Positions 37,674 through 46,626 of a stretch of 64,000 bases of DNA are shown here, in pieces; within the stretch, counting starts at the first letter, position 1, and each line of letters begins with the position of its first letter. Made by a program: the position numbers and the translations under genes. Below the pieces are notes generated by a model. It was not told the origin of the DNA. It saw nothing but the letters and a program-made list of their open reading frames with translations, and made no database searches. The stretch is taken from the sequence record MG592456.1. One strand, 5' to 3'.

Positions 37674-38585
37674 ATGAGCGAAAATTATGATAAAGTCTCT
37701 GCCATTGCGGCAGAGCATTTGGGCAAGAAAGCAGGCGATTATAGTGATTTCGTCGATATTAAAGACGTAAAGTCTGATTTACTCGTGGCAATCCCGCGTG
37801 AATTAAATCGCGTGGACTATAACATTGATAACGACACATTCGTCGGGATTGATGCATGGCATGGCTTTGAAGTATCTGCACTGACTAAAAACGGGTTGCC
37901 TGTATCAGGTATGGTTAAAGTTGTATACCCAAGCAACTCACCCAACATCGTTGAAAGTAAATCAATGAAGTTGTACTGGAATAGCTTCAACATGGCTAAG
38001 ATTGCAGACAACAGCCGCGATATACGCGCTGAAATCGAGCGAATCGCTACTGCTGATCTATCAGAATGTATGCAAGCGCCTGTACAAGTGACGTTCTTCA
38101 CTGAGCGCGTGGGTCAGCCACACGGTATGAACGGATTTGCTGAAATGAGTAAGTACCTTAGCCCTGATCTTGTATTTGATGCAGACGGTGCAGACACGGG
38201 CTTGCTTGTGAGCGCAGGTCGTGGTGGACAGCTTAAAGTGATGACCAACAACTTGCGTTCTAATTGTCGCGTGACACATCAGCCAGATTTTGGTGATTTG
38301 TACATCGATATGATTGGCACTGACGTGCCGACGATTGATAGCTTGATGCAATACATCGTGTCATTCCGCAAAGAGAATCATTTCCACGAAGAATGTGTTG
38401 AAATGATTTACAAGGCATTACAAGATACGTTTGAGCCATCCGGATTGATGGTCACTGCACTGTACACACGTCGTGGTGGTTGGAACATCTGTCCAAGCCG
38501 CGCATCACATGAAAGTTTGTTACCTGATACACTCAAAAGTGCATCAGTCTCGCACACTAACGGAAGTTGTTTATTCCGTCAGTAA
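37674..38585 (+). CDS. queF: PreQ0 reductase QueF (two-domain type)
   Basis: IVESKSMKLY, SNCRVTHQPDFG (catalytic Cys), FHEECVE, LYTRRGG. Confidence 0.93.
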   Translation: MSENYDKVSAIAAEHLGKKAGDYSDFVDIKDVKSDLLVAIPRELNRVDYNIDNDTFVGIDAWHGFEVSALTKNGLPVSGMVKVVYPSNSPNIVESKSMKLYWNSFNMAKIADNSRDIRAEIERIATADLSECMQAPVQVTFFTERVGQPHGMNGFAEMSKYLSPDLVFDADGADTGLLVSAGRGGQLKVMTNNLRSNCRVTHQPDFGDLYIDMIGTDVPTIDSLMQYIVSFRKENHFHEECVEMIYKALQDTFEPSGLMVTALYTRRGGWNICPSRASHESLLPDTLKSASVSHTNGSCLFRQ

Positions 38586-38620
38586 TAAGCGTATAATGAG
38601 TGCTTGTCGTGAGCACTCAT
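38569..38620 (+). promoter_or_regulatory. GTTTA-class promoter with downstream 9-bp inverted repeat
   Basis: GTTTAT-17-TATAAT; ATGAGTGCT/AGCACTCAT. Confidence 0.6.
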
Positions 38621-38638
38621 ATATTGAGAGGAATTAAA

Positions 38639-39355
38639 ATGAAAGTAGTATCAGTACTAAGCGGTGGCTTGGACAGCACCATATTGACGTACAAACTAGT
38701 AGAATCATTCGGAGCTGAAAACGTCTTCGCGTTGTCATTCTACTACGGTCAAAAGCAATCAATTGAGCTTGAAAAGGCTAAATTGACTTGTTCCAAGCTC
38801 GGTATCGAGCATCGTCTTATCGACATTTCATTTCTTGGTGAAGTAGTTGCACCTGTGTGTGCAAATATCGCTGGATCAGACGTTGCAATGCCAACCATCC
38901 AAGATGTTCTCGGAGATCCTCAGCCACCGACTGAAGTCCCATATCGCAATATGCTATTGAATACAATTGCATTTTCATTTGCTCAAGCGAATGGCTGTGA
39001 GCAAGTATTCACCGGTATTCAAGTGCATGACGCTTACGGCTATTGGGATTGCACTCAAGATTTTCTTGACAATATGAATGCTATATCAGCATTGAATCGC
39101 CAACATGAAATCAAACTTCGAGCGCCATTCGCTCATATGTCAAAGGCAGATGAAATTGCAATTGGTGTCGAGTTAGGTGTTCCATTTGAAGATAGCTTAA
39201 CATGTTACGATCCGAATGCAGCAGGCGAAAGTTGTGGTGTCTGTCCGTCATGTGCTGAACGTATCATGAATTTCGGTAAAGCAGGGATAATCGATCCTGC
39301 ACCATACTCTAAGCACATCCCATGGGATGTTGTCATGAAAAGGAATGGTCACTAA
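38639..39355 (+). CDS. queC: 7-cyano-7-deazaguanine synthase QueC (start re-assigned)
   Basis: LSGGLDS, YGQK, VPYRN, TCY..CGVCPSC. Confidence 0.96.
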   Translation: MKVVSVLSGGLDSTILTYKLVESFGAENVFALSFYYGQKQSIELEKAKLTCSKLGIEHRLIDISFLGEVVAPVCANIAGSDVAMPTIQDVLGDPQPPTEVPYRNMLLNTIAFSFAQANGCEQVFTGIQVHDAYGYWDCTQDFLDNMNAISALNRQHEIKLRAPFAHMSKADEIAIGVELGVPFEDSLTCYDPNAAGESCGVCPSCAERIMNFGKAGIIDPAPYSKHIPWDVVMKRNGH

Positions 39356-39954
39356 TGTGCGGATTATTTGCAGCTAAATCGAAAGAAGATCTGCTTGAAC
39401 TCGCGAAACTGAACATTCACCGCGGCTCGCGTACTCATTCAGTGAGTACGTTCGTCGGCGGCGAACTCACCATTGCAAAGTTCGATGGTGAGTTTAATGC
39501 AGAGAATGTGCCTGATAAAGCAGATTACTATATTTGTCACATTCAAGCACCGACTAGTCAGAGCGCGAAAGCGCATCCTGCAATAGTGGGGCCGATAAAT
39601 GGCAAATGTTCACACGTTTGGCACAACGGCATTCTAAAATCAGACTACATGAATGATTGTTCATTCAAGTGGGACACTGCTCATATTGCAGAAATGATGT
39701 ATCATGATCGTGATATCGGCACACTCGATGGGTCATTTGCTTGCTTTCACTATCAGGACGGCAAATTAAATGTGTTTCGCAATGAGATCAGCCCGTTATT
39801 CGTGGGCACGGACGGTCAATTCAGTAGCACGAAGACTAAACTCACTCCTGTTGCATTAGATGCAAATAAAGTGTTTAACATCGAGCTTTTCCCGTTTACA
39901 CTCACAGTCGTTAAAGAGTTCAAAACTTTGAATAATCCATATTTTTTCATGTGA
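39355..39954 (+). CDS. Stand-alone class II (Ntn) glutamine amidotransferase-like protein
   Basis: Start re-assigned by TAATG coupling: MCGLF, HRG, HPA, WHNG, WDT, DGSFA. Confidence 0.8.
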   Translation: MCGLFAAKSKEDLLELAKLNIHRGSRTHSVSTFVGGELTIAKFDGEFNAENVPDKADYYICHIQAPTSQSAKAHPAIVGPINGKCSHVWHNGILKSDYMNDCSFKWDTAHIAEMMYHDRDIGTLDGSFACFHYQDGKLNVFRNEISPLFVGTDGQFSSTKTKLTPVALDANKVFNIELFPFTLTVVKEFKTLNNPYFFM

Positions 39955-39961
39955 GGTACCA

Positions 39962-40249
39962 ATGATAGAAGTTAACATTGACGACTGTTTACAAAACGGT
40001 AAAGTTGAGTTTACATTTGAAAAGGCTGACGGGACAGTAAAGACCGTAACCGGAACTCGAAATTTCGATTTTATCCCGGTTGAGTTTCACCCTAAGCCTA
40101 AAGCCCCGCTAGCCGAAGGTGAAGTTGCACCAGAGCCTAAGCCTAAAACTGAAGCACAACTGGCAACTTGTCGTTATTTCGACTTAGATGCTCTGGGTTG
40201 GCGTTCGTTCAAGCGTGGCAACTTACGCGAAATCGTGCATTTCGAATAA
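39962..40249 (+). CDS. WYL_2/DUF2693-like SH3-fold protein
   Basis: VEFTFEKADGTVK..GT, YFDLDALGWRSFK. Confidence 0.65.
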   Translation: MIEVNIDDCLQNGKVEFTFEKADGTVKTVTGTRNFDFIPVEFHPKPKAPLAEGEVAPEPKPKTEAQLATCRYFDLDALGWRSFKRGNLREIVHFE

Positions 40250-40303
40250 TACAATGGCACGCATGTCGTGCCACATAAATCAACTGTTCGTGAGTACTAT
40301 ATA

Positions 40304-40507
40304 ATGGCTACAACTAAAGAAATTTCTGATGACGTGAATAACTATTGGATTGGATGGGATCAGCGTGGCCCTGAATATCGTGAGTACGACGTATCAGATG
40401 GTGAAATGAGAGCAAAATGCCGTGAGTTCGAGAAGCGCAAAGCAGAAGTGGACGCACGAGTACTTGAATTTGAAAAGTTACGAAACAAATATAAAAAGCG
40501 AGATTAA
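40304..40507 (+). CDS. Hypothetical protein (start uncertain)
   Basis: Charged small ORF. Confidence 0.55.
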   Translation: MATTKEISDDVNNYWIGWDQRGPEYREYDVSDGEMRAKCREFEKRKAEVDARVLEFEKLRNKYKKRD

Positions 40508-40509
40508 AA

Positions 40510-40851
40510 ATGACATTAGAAGTAATTGCACTAGGTGAGCAGATCATCATCGATACCAAAGCCATTAAAGAGGGTGAAGAAGTCAAATCAGCCGGTGGTA
40601 TTGTGATCGGGCGTGCAACTGAGGGTGAAGTCCCACTTCATGGTATTGTAATTGCAGTTGGTGAAGAAGTCAATACTGACATCATCAATATCGGTGACAA
40701 GGTGTTACTACCTCAAGGTTCTATTAGAAATGTCCCTGATCCGCGCATTATTGCGGGTGAAATGTCACAAAATGACAATAATCGAGTATTGTGGGTAAGT
40801 ACACATTACAAAAACATCACAGCGGTTTACCGCGAAGCCACAGAGGTTTAA
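40510..40851 (+). CDS. 31: Co-chaperonin gp31 (GroES-like)
   Basis: ALGEQII, KSAGGIVIG, GIVIAVG, GDKVLLP. Confidence 0.88.
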   Translation: MTLEVIALGEQIIIDTKAIKEGEEVKSAGGIVIGRATEGEVPLHGIVIAVGEEVNTDIINIGDKVLLPQGSIRNVPDPRIIAGEMSQNDNNRVLWVSTHYKNITAVYREATEV

Positions 40852-41241
40852 ATGAACGAAAACGTAAGATTACTCGAAATTACAGCGACTGGACATTACA
40901 GCGATGCTACGGCAGCTCAAACATGTTGGGTTACTCAAGAATTCGTTGAGAAATATGAAGAGCCAATCGGCGAGTGGTCATTCACTTTCAGTGAGCTTGA
41001 CGGCAAACACTCTGAAACTGAAGGTGAGCTGTTTATCCACTCAACCCCACGTGACATGGCTCTTGCTTGGAGCGTATCGCAAGGTGAGCACTGGGCATTC
41101 ACTGAAGACATGTTTGACCATGAAGAATTCGAATCAGCCGACGTGTCAGAAATGATTTCGCTGAATGAAGACTTGAACAGCATGATTGATGTGAAGACAG
41201 AAACGATTATCACTATCGGTGATCATCGCATCGTAGTCTAA
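40852..41241 (+). CDS. Hypothetical acidic protein
   Basis: GAGG RBS. Confidence 0.7.
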   Translation: MNENVRLLEITATGHYSDATAAQTCWVTQEFVEKYEEPIGEWSFTFSELDGKHSETEGELFIHSTPRDMALAWSVSQGEHWAFTEDMFDHEEFESADVSEMISLNEDLNSMIDVKTETIITIGDHRIVV

Positions 41242-41246
41242 ACCAT

Positions 41247-41274
41247 AAAAAGCCGACATTTAGTCGGCTTTTTT
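41247..41274. terminator. Bidirectional terminator
   Basis: AAAAAGCCGAC-ATTTA-GTCGGCTTTTTT. Confidence 0.85.
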
Positions 41275-41281
41275 GTGTCTG

Positions 41282-41785
41282 TTATTCAGCAGACTCTCCA
41301 TATTTCCCATTATCGAAGTCGCAGCGTGGATCATCTAAGAAACTCTTGCGATACAGCTTCTCTAAGTCGGCTTTCTTGCACTTTTCTGGATATTTGATAC
41401 CCAAGCTAGTTAAATGATCTTTTTGCTCTTGTAGCTTCAGTCTCGCGAAGATTTTAGTCTGGTCTTTCGGATGCTGTGGGTGGAAGTCGTTATCGCTGTA
41501 GTCTGCTTCAAGGTAATCAACTAAATTTCTCAGCCACTGCACGTAGTTGATGCCGCGACCTTTGAGTCCAGACCTCCCAAACTTGTGAATAACCACGCCC
41601 TCGTAAGTATTGCACCCCCGGCAGAGAACCCCGCGTATGTGTCCCGTGTTGTGATCGTGGTCGGTATGCGGTGTGCTAGTCTCTTCACTTAGCTTGCAGT
41701 TACACAACACACATCTATCAAGTTGACCCATTATTAAATCGTTACGTGTCTCTACCAAATCTGATTGTTTTAGTTGTTTGCTCAT
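41282..41785 (-). CDS. 49: Endonuclease VII (Holliday junction resolvase)
   Basis: CVLC, HTDHDH..GHIRGVLCRGCN..EG; late-like TATAAACA at 41816-41823. Confidence 0.88.
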   Translation of the reverse strand: MSKQLKQSDLVETRNDLIMGQLDRCVLCNCKLSEETSTPHTDHDHNTGHIRGVLCRGCNTYEGVVIHKFGRSGLKGRGINYVQWLRNLVDYLEADYSDNDFHPQHPKDQTKIFARLKLQEQKDHLTSLGIKYPEKCKKADLEKLYRKSFLDDPRCDFDNGKYGESAE

Positions 41786-41802
41786 GTTTTTCTCAAAATA
41801 GG

Positions 41803-41831
41803 TTGCTTGAACTCTTGTTTATATGTAAAAT
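41803..41831 (+). promoter_or_regulatory. sigma70 promoter (divergent from gp49)
   Basis: TTGCTT-17-TAAAAT. Confidence 0.7.
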
Positions 41832-41860
41832 AATCCCACTAACACGAAACGGAGAACAAC

Positions 41861-42382
41861 ATGTTATCTTCAACAGAATATGTGAAAATGTTTACACAAA
41901 CTCAAGAAAAAGATGCTTTGCAGAAAGCAAAAATGAACCCAGATTCGACAATACGGCTCATTAATAAACTTGAGCACGATTTAAAAGTCTGTATCGACCG
42001 AGCAAATGAGAACGCCCCTATGCTAATCGAGTATATGATCGCCATTAAAGACGAATCGCCGACGTTCAAAAAGCTGGATTTCAGTGGGTGGGGTAACAAC
42101 CATGAAATCAGCAATATTGAAGTCACGGTCAGTGATGATACGTTCTTAATCACATATGATTCTGAGTACACGGGGCGACACAGCGAGGGAACTGTTGAAT
42201 ACTACTCGATGGTTGTTCCGTTCGAAGCAATCGACGACCGAGAAAAACACGTGTTACGTCGTAATTTCGAGTTTGTGACTGAACAAGCGGCTGATATCGA
42301 TGCAGATATAATCGATATCAGCAACAAACTGACAGAATTAAACACAAAACGAGATAAATTAAGGGAAGATTATGGAATTTAG
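41861..42382 (+). CDS. Hypothetical protein
   Basis: GGAGAA RBS. Confidence 0.7.
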   Translation: MLSSTEYVKMFTQTQEKDALQKAKMNPDSTIRLINKLEHDLKVCIDRANENAPMLIEYMIAIKDESPTFKKLDFSGWGNNHEISNIEVTVSDDTFLITYDSEYTGRHSEGTVEYYSMVVPFEAIDDREKHVLRRNFEFVTEQAADIDADIIDISNKLTELNTKRDKLREDYGI

Positions 42383-43373
42383 AAAATATTCATCACTAGA
42401 GAACAGCTACCGCGAAGCATTCGTGGCTCGCTGTCATGGACTCGCACGCACCGAATGGGTAGCGCTAGAGAAGATTCATGGAGCTAATTTCAATTTCACT
42501 ATGGAATTTGACGTCGAGCAAGATGAAATGTTCAACGTGACCGTCGGAAAGCGCACTCAAGCGATTAGTCCGAACGCGACTGGTGATTACTCATTCTACG
42601 GCTGTACTTCGGTCGTGGAACAGCATATGCTACCGCTGCGACGACTTAATAACTACTTATGGGCACGTGGTTACATCCAAGGCGATGAAACCATCATTGT
42701 CTATGGCGAATTGGCAGGGAAAGGCACACTCAAGACATCGATCAATTACGGTGAGAAGTGCTTCATCGCATTTGACATATATTCACCATCCCGTGACATC
42801 TATCTTCCGTGGGATTTAGTCAAAGAAGCGTGCGAATACGCAGAAATTCGTCATGTGAAAGAGCTTGGACGTGGCACGTTAGACGAAATGCTAGCTATCT
42901 CGCCTGAGTTTCGAAGCCTTGAAACGCCTGAAGATCACGTTGGTGACAATCTTGCTGAGGGATTCGTGGTCAAGCAGTTGCGTGGCGAAATGTTCTTGCC
43001 TACTGGTTCGCGTGCTTGCCTCAAGGTGAAAAGCGAGAGTTTTCAAGAAAGAAAGCAAAATCGTTCTAAGGTGAAAAAAGCTCCAGGTGCTTTCACTGAA
43101 GAGCAGAAAGAATTGCACGCAGAATTCACCTTATACTTGACTCCTAACCGTTTGAGTAACGTACTAAGTAAGATTGGAAAGGTTGAAGCAAAGCAGTTCG
43201 CGATGGTAAGCGGAATGCTTATGCAAGATGCCAAAGCGGAGTTCGAGCGTGATGAACTCAACGAAGTGCCAATCAAACGCAGTGAGTGGGATGCAGTCAA
43301 ACGCTCTTTAAACAATGTAGCCAACGAACTCATACGTAAGGACTGGCTAAACATAGTCGACGGGAATTTCTAA
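42372..43373 (+). CDS. rnlB: RNA ligase 2
   Basis: FRKYSSLEN, WVALEKIHGANF, YGELAG, AEGFVVK, KVKSESF. Confidence 0.95.
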   Translation: MEFRKYSSLENSYREAFVARCHGLARTEWVALEKIHGANFNFTMEFDVEQDEMFNVTVGKRTQAISPNATGDYSFYGCTSVVEQHMLPLRRLNNYLWARGYIQGDETIIVYGELAGKGTLKTSINYGEKCFIAFDIYSPSRDIYLPWDLVKEACEYAEIRHVKELGRGTLDEMLAISPEFRSLETPEDHVGDNLAEGFVVKQLRGEMFLPTGSRACLKVKSESFQERKQNRSKVKKAPGAFTEEQKELHAEFTLYLTPNRLSNVLSKIGKVEAKQFAMVSGMLMQDAKAEFERDELNEVPIKRSEWDAVKRSLNNVANELIRKDWLNIVDGNF

Positions 43374-43375
43374 TA

Positions 43376-43558
43376 TTGAAAAAAAGAACTAGCTTTGCAA
43401 TACTTTGTGTCATCGGGGCGATCATTTACTTGGGAAGTCTATTCTCAGTGGTGTGGTGGGTAGCTGGTTCAGTAACAACAGCGTTATTTTTCATAATTGC
43501 TCTGATAATTGCTCTTTTAAATAGTATAAGAGCAGCCATCGAATACGATGAGCAATAA
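43376..43558 (+). CDS. Small two-TM membrane protein (TTG start, uncertain)
   Basis: Hydrophobic ORF filling the gap before a terminator. Confidence 0.5.
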   Translation: MKKRTSFAILCVIGAIIYLGSLFSVVWWVAGSVTTALFFIIALIIALLNSIRAAIEYDEQ

Positions 43559-43562
43559 CAAC

Positions 43563-43587
43563 AAAAGCTCCTTCGGGAGCTTTTTTT
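43563..43587 (+). terminator. Intrinsic terminator (UUCG loop)
   Basis: AAAAGCTCC-TTCG-GGAGC-T7. Confidence 0.9.
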
Positions 43588-43600
43588 ATGGGGTGATTAA

Positions 43601-44140
43601 ATGGCGTTTATTAGTAAAGAAATCGAAACAAAGAACATGACTGAAAAAGACATGCAATACGCAATCGCCGTACAGAGCGTGTGGATCAACAAGCGATACA
43701 GTGCAATCATACCAAACTGTTACACTCAATACGACAATGAAGCCGACTTATTTGCAATTCGCCCAAGTGGGCTGTGTGACGAGATAGAAATCAAGGTATC
43801 GAAAGCAGATTATCGAGTTGACGAGCAGAAATCGGTCAAAGTCATCAATGAGAACTCAAAATCACGTCGATATCCATACACAGACGTTCCTAAACGCTCT
43901 GCATTGCAAGATGGTAAGATGACGAACTACTTCTGGTATGCGTTTCCGAAAGGGCTTGTAGACCACGCTGACGTCCCAGAGTGGGCTGGTATCATTGAAG
44001 TGGATGGGTACTTGAACGCAAGGGAAGTCAGAATGCCCAAACGACTACATGGTGGTAAGATGACTGCTGAAGAGCAGATCAAGCAGATCAAGAAGCTCGG
44101 CTATCGATTCTGGAACTTATTAACAAAGGTACGAGCATAA
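43601..44140 (+). CDS. MmcB-like PD-(D/E)XK nuclease
   Basis: EADLFAI..G..EIEIKVSKADY, NYFWYAFP, VPEWAGII. Confidence 0.7.
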   Translation: MAFISKEIETKNMTEKDMQYAIAVQSVWINKRYSAIIPNCYTQYDNEADLFAIRPSGLCDEIEIKVSKADYRVDEQKSVKVINENSKSRRYPYTDVPKRSALQDGKMTNYFWYAFPKGLVDHADVPEWAGIIEVDGYLNAREVRMPKRLHGGKMTAEEQIKQIKKLGYRFWNLLTKVRA

Positions 44141-44227
44141 TGACTAAAGAACAAGAAGATTTCTTGCGGCTCATGAATAAAATGCAAGAGTACCGAGATA
44201 TCGCAAAAACATTGGTTTAAAATGATG

Positions 44228-44257
44228 AAAAGGGTTGACATTAGTCAGCCCTTTTTT
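44228..44257 (+). terminator. Intrinsic terminator
   Basis: AAAAGGGTTGAC-ATTA-GTCAGCCC-T6-GTGTCTG. Confidence 0.85.
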
Positions 44258-44303
44258 GTGTCTGGAGGAAAATCAAGCGAAGCGGCAGGATCTGTCTGTG
44301 GCG

Positions 44304-44370
44304 GAAAAATTCCGTCTCATCTTAGTAGAATTAGTGATTTTAATGGTATTAGAGAAATTAGAAATATTAG
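44304..44370. repeat. TTAG 9-nt-period array, copy 2
   Basis: Leader GAAAAATTCCGTCTCATCTTAGTA; TTAG at 44322, 44331, (TTAA 44340), 44349, 44358, 44367. Confidence 0.85.
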
Positions 44371-44386
44371 AGAAAATGATTTTTTG

Positions 44387-44415
44387 TTGACTTGTGATTG
44401 ATTGTCGTTTATCAT
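44387..44415 (+). promoter_or_regulatory. sigma70 early promoter
   Basis: TTGACT-17-TATCAT. Confidence 0.8.
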
Positions 44416-44444
44416 CTGTCACGTTAACTCAATAAGGAATAGAC

Positions 44445-44972
44445 ATGAGTAGTATTAAACAACTTGAAATTGAACTAGCTGATATGCATATGGAGTCGGT
44501 AGATGACTATGATTGTGCCGTAACCGTATCTTGTAAAGGTATGAGCCGAACATACACAGTCGACGTACTATCCTTTGAACAGTTCATCAACTTGAACGAT
44601 GATGCTGAGTATTGTGCTTTTGAATGGCATGGTATTCATGAGTCGTTGCATGATGAAGAGCTTGATTTCCGCGCAATCAACGAATGGGCATCACTTGACG
44701 ACGACGAACGCGAAGTCGTTGAAGCACTGATGGATCATAACGTCTGTATGAGTGTTGAAGATGCAGTCGAGAAGATGTCTGATGTTCAGTTGTTCACTGG
44801 CTCGAAAGAAGCATATGCTCAAGATCAGTTTGAAACTAGTGGTATCCTCATAGCCGACCTGCCGTATATGGTCAGACATAACATCGACTGGGATGCGGTA
44901 TACGACGACTTAGAAGCTAGCGAACACATCATTGAACTTGCGAATAACCGTCGACTAACGGTGATTGGATGA
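44445..44972 (+). CDS. ardA: ArdA-like antirestriction (acidic DNA mimic) protein
   Basis: Very acidic; EWHG, INEW..LDDDERE.VEAL, LP..V..NIDWDAV..DL resembles ArdA C-terminus. Confidence 0.6.
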   Translation: MSSIKQLEIELADMHMESVDDYDCAVTVSCKGMSRTYTVDVLSFEQFINLNDDAEYCAFEWHGIHESLHDEELDFRAINEWASLDDDEREVVEALMDHNVCMSVEDAVEKMSDVQLFTGSKEAYAQDQFETSGILIADLPYMVRHNIDWDAVYDDLEASEHIIELANNRRLTVIG

Positions 44973-45535
44973 GTAGTACAAATCAAACAGTCAACAAAGA
45001 CGACTATTACGCAACACCAACATGGATCGTAGAAGAGTTTTTCGAGCGGTTCGTTCGCGAGTACTCATTAAACATCAGCAATATGAACATACTTGACCCA
45101 TCAAGTGGTGGTTGTGCTAATCATGCAGCGGCTTATCCTATTGTACTTAAAGAGTCTTATGGTGTTAGTGCAGCAACAATGGACATAAGGGAAGATAGTC
45201 ACGCTCAAGTAATAGCTGATTATCTTCAAACACCCGTTGCCATCAACTATTACGACATGATTGTGACTAATCCGCCATTCAGCTTATCAGTTGACTTCGC
45301 GACTAAAGCAATCAATGAAGTGAAAGACGACGGGTATGTGGTCATGCTACAGCGCTTGAATTGGCTAGGTACTCAGAAACGCAAACCGTTCTGGGACGCA
45401 ATGCCACTGAAATCAGTGATGGTTCACCACAAGCGACCGTCATTTCATGGCACAAAGGGCACAGACTCGATAGAGTATGCGCATTTCGTATTCCAAAAGG
45501 GATACGCAGGTACAGCAGAGATTGTGATTATATGA
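44969..45535 (+). CDS. N6-adenine DNA methyltransferase-like protein
   Basis: DDYYATP, ILDPSSG, IVTNPPF, TDSIEYAHF. Confidence 0.8.
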   Translation: MSSTNQTVNKDDYYATPTWIVEEFFERFVREYSLNISNMNILDPSSGGCANHAAAYPIVLKESYGVSAATMDIREDSHAQVIADYLQTPVAINYYDMIVTNPPFSLSVDFATKAINEVKDDGYVVMLQRLNWLGTQKRKPFWDAMPLKSVMVHHKRPSFHGTKGTDSIEYAHFVFQKGYAGTAEIVII

Positions 45536-45741
45536 TATCAAAAATGAAATACTACAGCGCTATACTTGATACTCCAGAAGCGGACACTCCAGATATGACA
45601 GTTGACGGTGTAGTGCTTTATTACTTGTGGGGTCATCAGATCATGAAGCGCAAGGTTAAATTCTTGCTAACAACCGTAGTCGTCGCTGAAGATATACCTG
45701 TCGGTAGCGTCTGCATGTGGAAAATAGTGAAAGAAGTATGA
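45532..45741 (+). CDS. Hypothetical protein (start re-assigned)
   Basis: ATGA overlaps on both sides. Confidence 0.55.
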   Translation: MISKMKYYSAILDTPEADTPDMTVDGVVLYYLWGHQIMKRKVKFLLTTVVVAEDIPVGSVCMWKIVKEV

Positions 45742-46121
45742 GCAGTTTATTAAGGAAAGTTATGAAACAATTGAGTGTAAGCACGGGTAATTCTGTGAAA
45801 ATCAACGGGCAAACTTTTAAAGGTAACAACGTATCAATCTCTAATGGGCGTGTTATTGTTGATGGGGTCGAACAGACCTCCGAGCAGCAATACAAATTTG
45901 AAATCACGGTCAATGGTGATGTTGATAAGCTCGAATTAGAGTCGGGTACAGTTGTGGTCAAAGGTAATGTTAACTGTTCGTTGAACACCACAAACGGCGA
46001 TGTCGAGTGTGGTGATGTATCGGGTGATGTAAAGACTACCAATGGTGATGTCGATTGCGATAATGTCGCGGGTCGTGTTTCTACCATTAATGGCAATGTT
46101 AAGCATAGAGGTACGAGATAA
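45738..46121 (+). CDS. Beta-solenoid (DUF4097-like) protein
   Basis: Repeated TTNGDV.CG.V.G. Confidence 0.7.
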   Translation: MSSLLRKVMKQLSVSTGNSVKINGQTFKGNNVSISNGRVIVDGVEQTSEQQYKFEITVNGDVDKLELESGTVVVKGNVNCSLNTTNGDVECGDVSGDVKTTNGDVDCDNVAGRVSTINGNVKHRGTR

Positions 46122-46414
46122 TGGCAACTACAAATCCTGATAACATGATGATGAATGAATATATCGATTATATCATTGCAGGTATCGAAGCGGGTGAAAC
46201 ACAATCGTTCTGTGTGTTGAAATACACTCCGTCCGAGATTGTCAAACGTATGGAAGAGCGTGGCTACAGTTATGAAATGGAAACAAACGGCTGGCAGTGT
46301 GATTTCTGGATTGAATTTAGAAAAGACGACTGCAAGGTCATTCAGTTGAATGGTTGCTGGTACTACGGGCAAGCTCAGATGGAATGGGCTGAAGAGCCAC
46401 ACTTCAATGTTTAG
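46121..46414 (+). CDS. Hypothetical protein
   Basis: TAATG coupling. Confidence 0.65.
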   Translation: MATTNPDNMMMNEYIDYIIAGIEAGETQSFCVLKYTPSEIVKRMEERGYSYEMETNGWQCDFWIEFRKDDCKVIQLNGCWYYGQAQMEWAEEPHFNV

Positions 46415-46425
46415 AAAATAACCGC

Positions 46426-46454
46426 TTGACAACGCATGTCCCGTATGTAATAAT
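46426..46454 (+). promoter_or_regulatory. sigma70 promoter for rII operon
   Basis: TTGACA-17-AATAAT with TG extension. Confidence 0.7.
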
Positions 46455-46481
46455 GAGTCTCGAATCAACAAGGAGAACATT

Positions 46482-46619
46482 ATGATAGACAATATGATAC
46501 GCGACATGCTTGAATCTGAATACAGCTATGCTGATATTCTTGATCGACTTGTGTATGAACTTGAAATGCCATTTTCTGATGCATATGATGCATTGCATGA
46601 AATAATTCGAGAAATGTGA
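46482..46619 (+). CDS. 45-aa acidic microprotein (not in ORF track)
   Basis: AGGAGAACATTATG; MIDNMIRDMLESEYSYADILDRLVYELEMPFSDAYDALHEIIREM. Confidence 0.65.
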   Translation: MIDNMIRDMLESEYSYADILDRLVYELEMPFSDAYDALHEIIREM

Positions 46620-46626
46620 GAAATAT

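Noticed and set aside
6651-40270. GTCGT(G) in hairpins at 6655, 38605 and 40265 as a shared motif
   Set aside because: Short, three instances, inconsistent position; chance is likely
44140-44220. 26-aa ORF after the MmcB-like gene
   Set aside because: TAATG-coupled but too short and featureless to support
44270-44430. TTAG arrays as a coding repeat (minus frame reads TK[VM]RR[YN]FS in both copies)
   Set aside because: Copy 1 has a stop immediately upstream and no start; copy 2 has only a GTG without an RBS
45656-46507. Minus-strand 283-aa ORF
   Set aside because: Antisense to three well-formed plus genes; no promoter, RBS or motif
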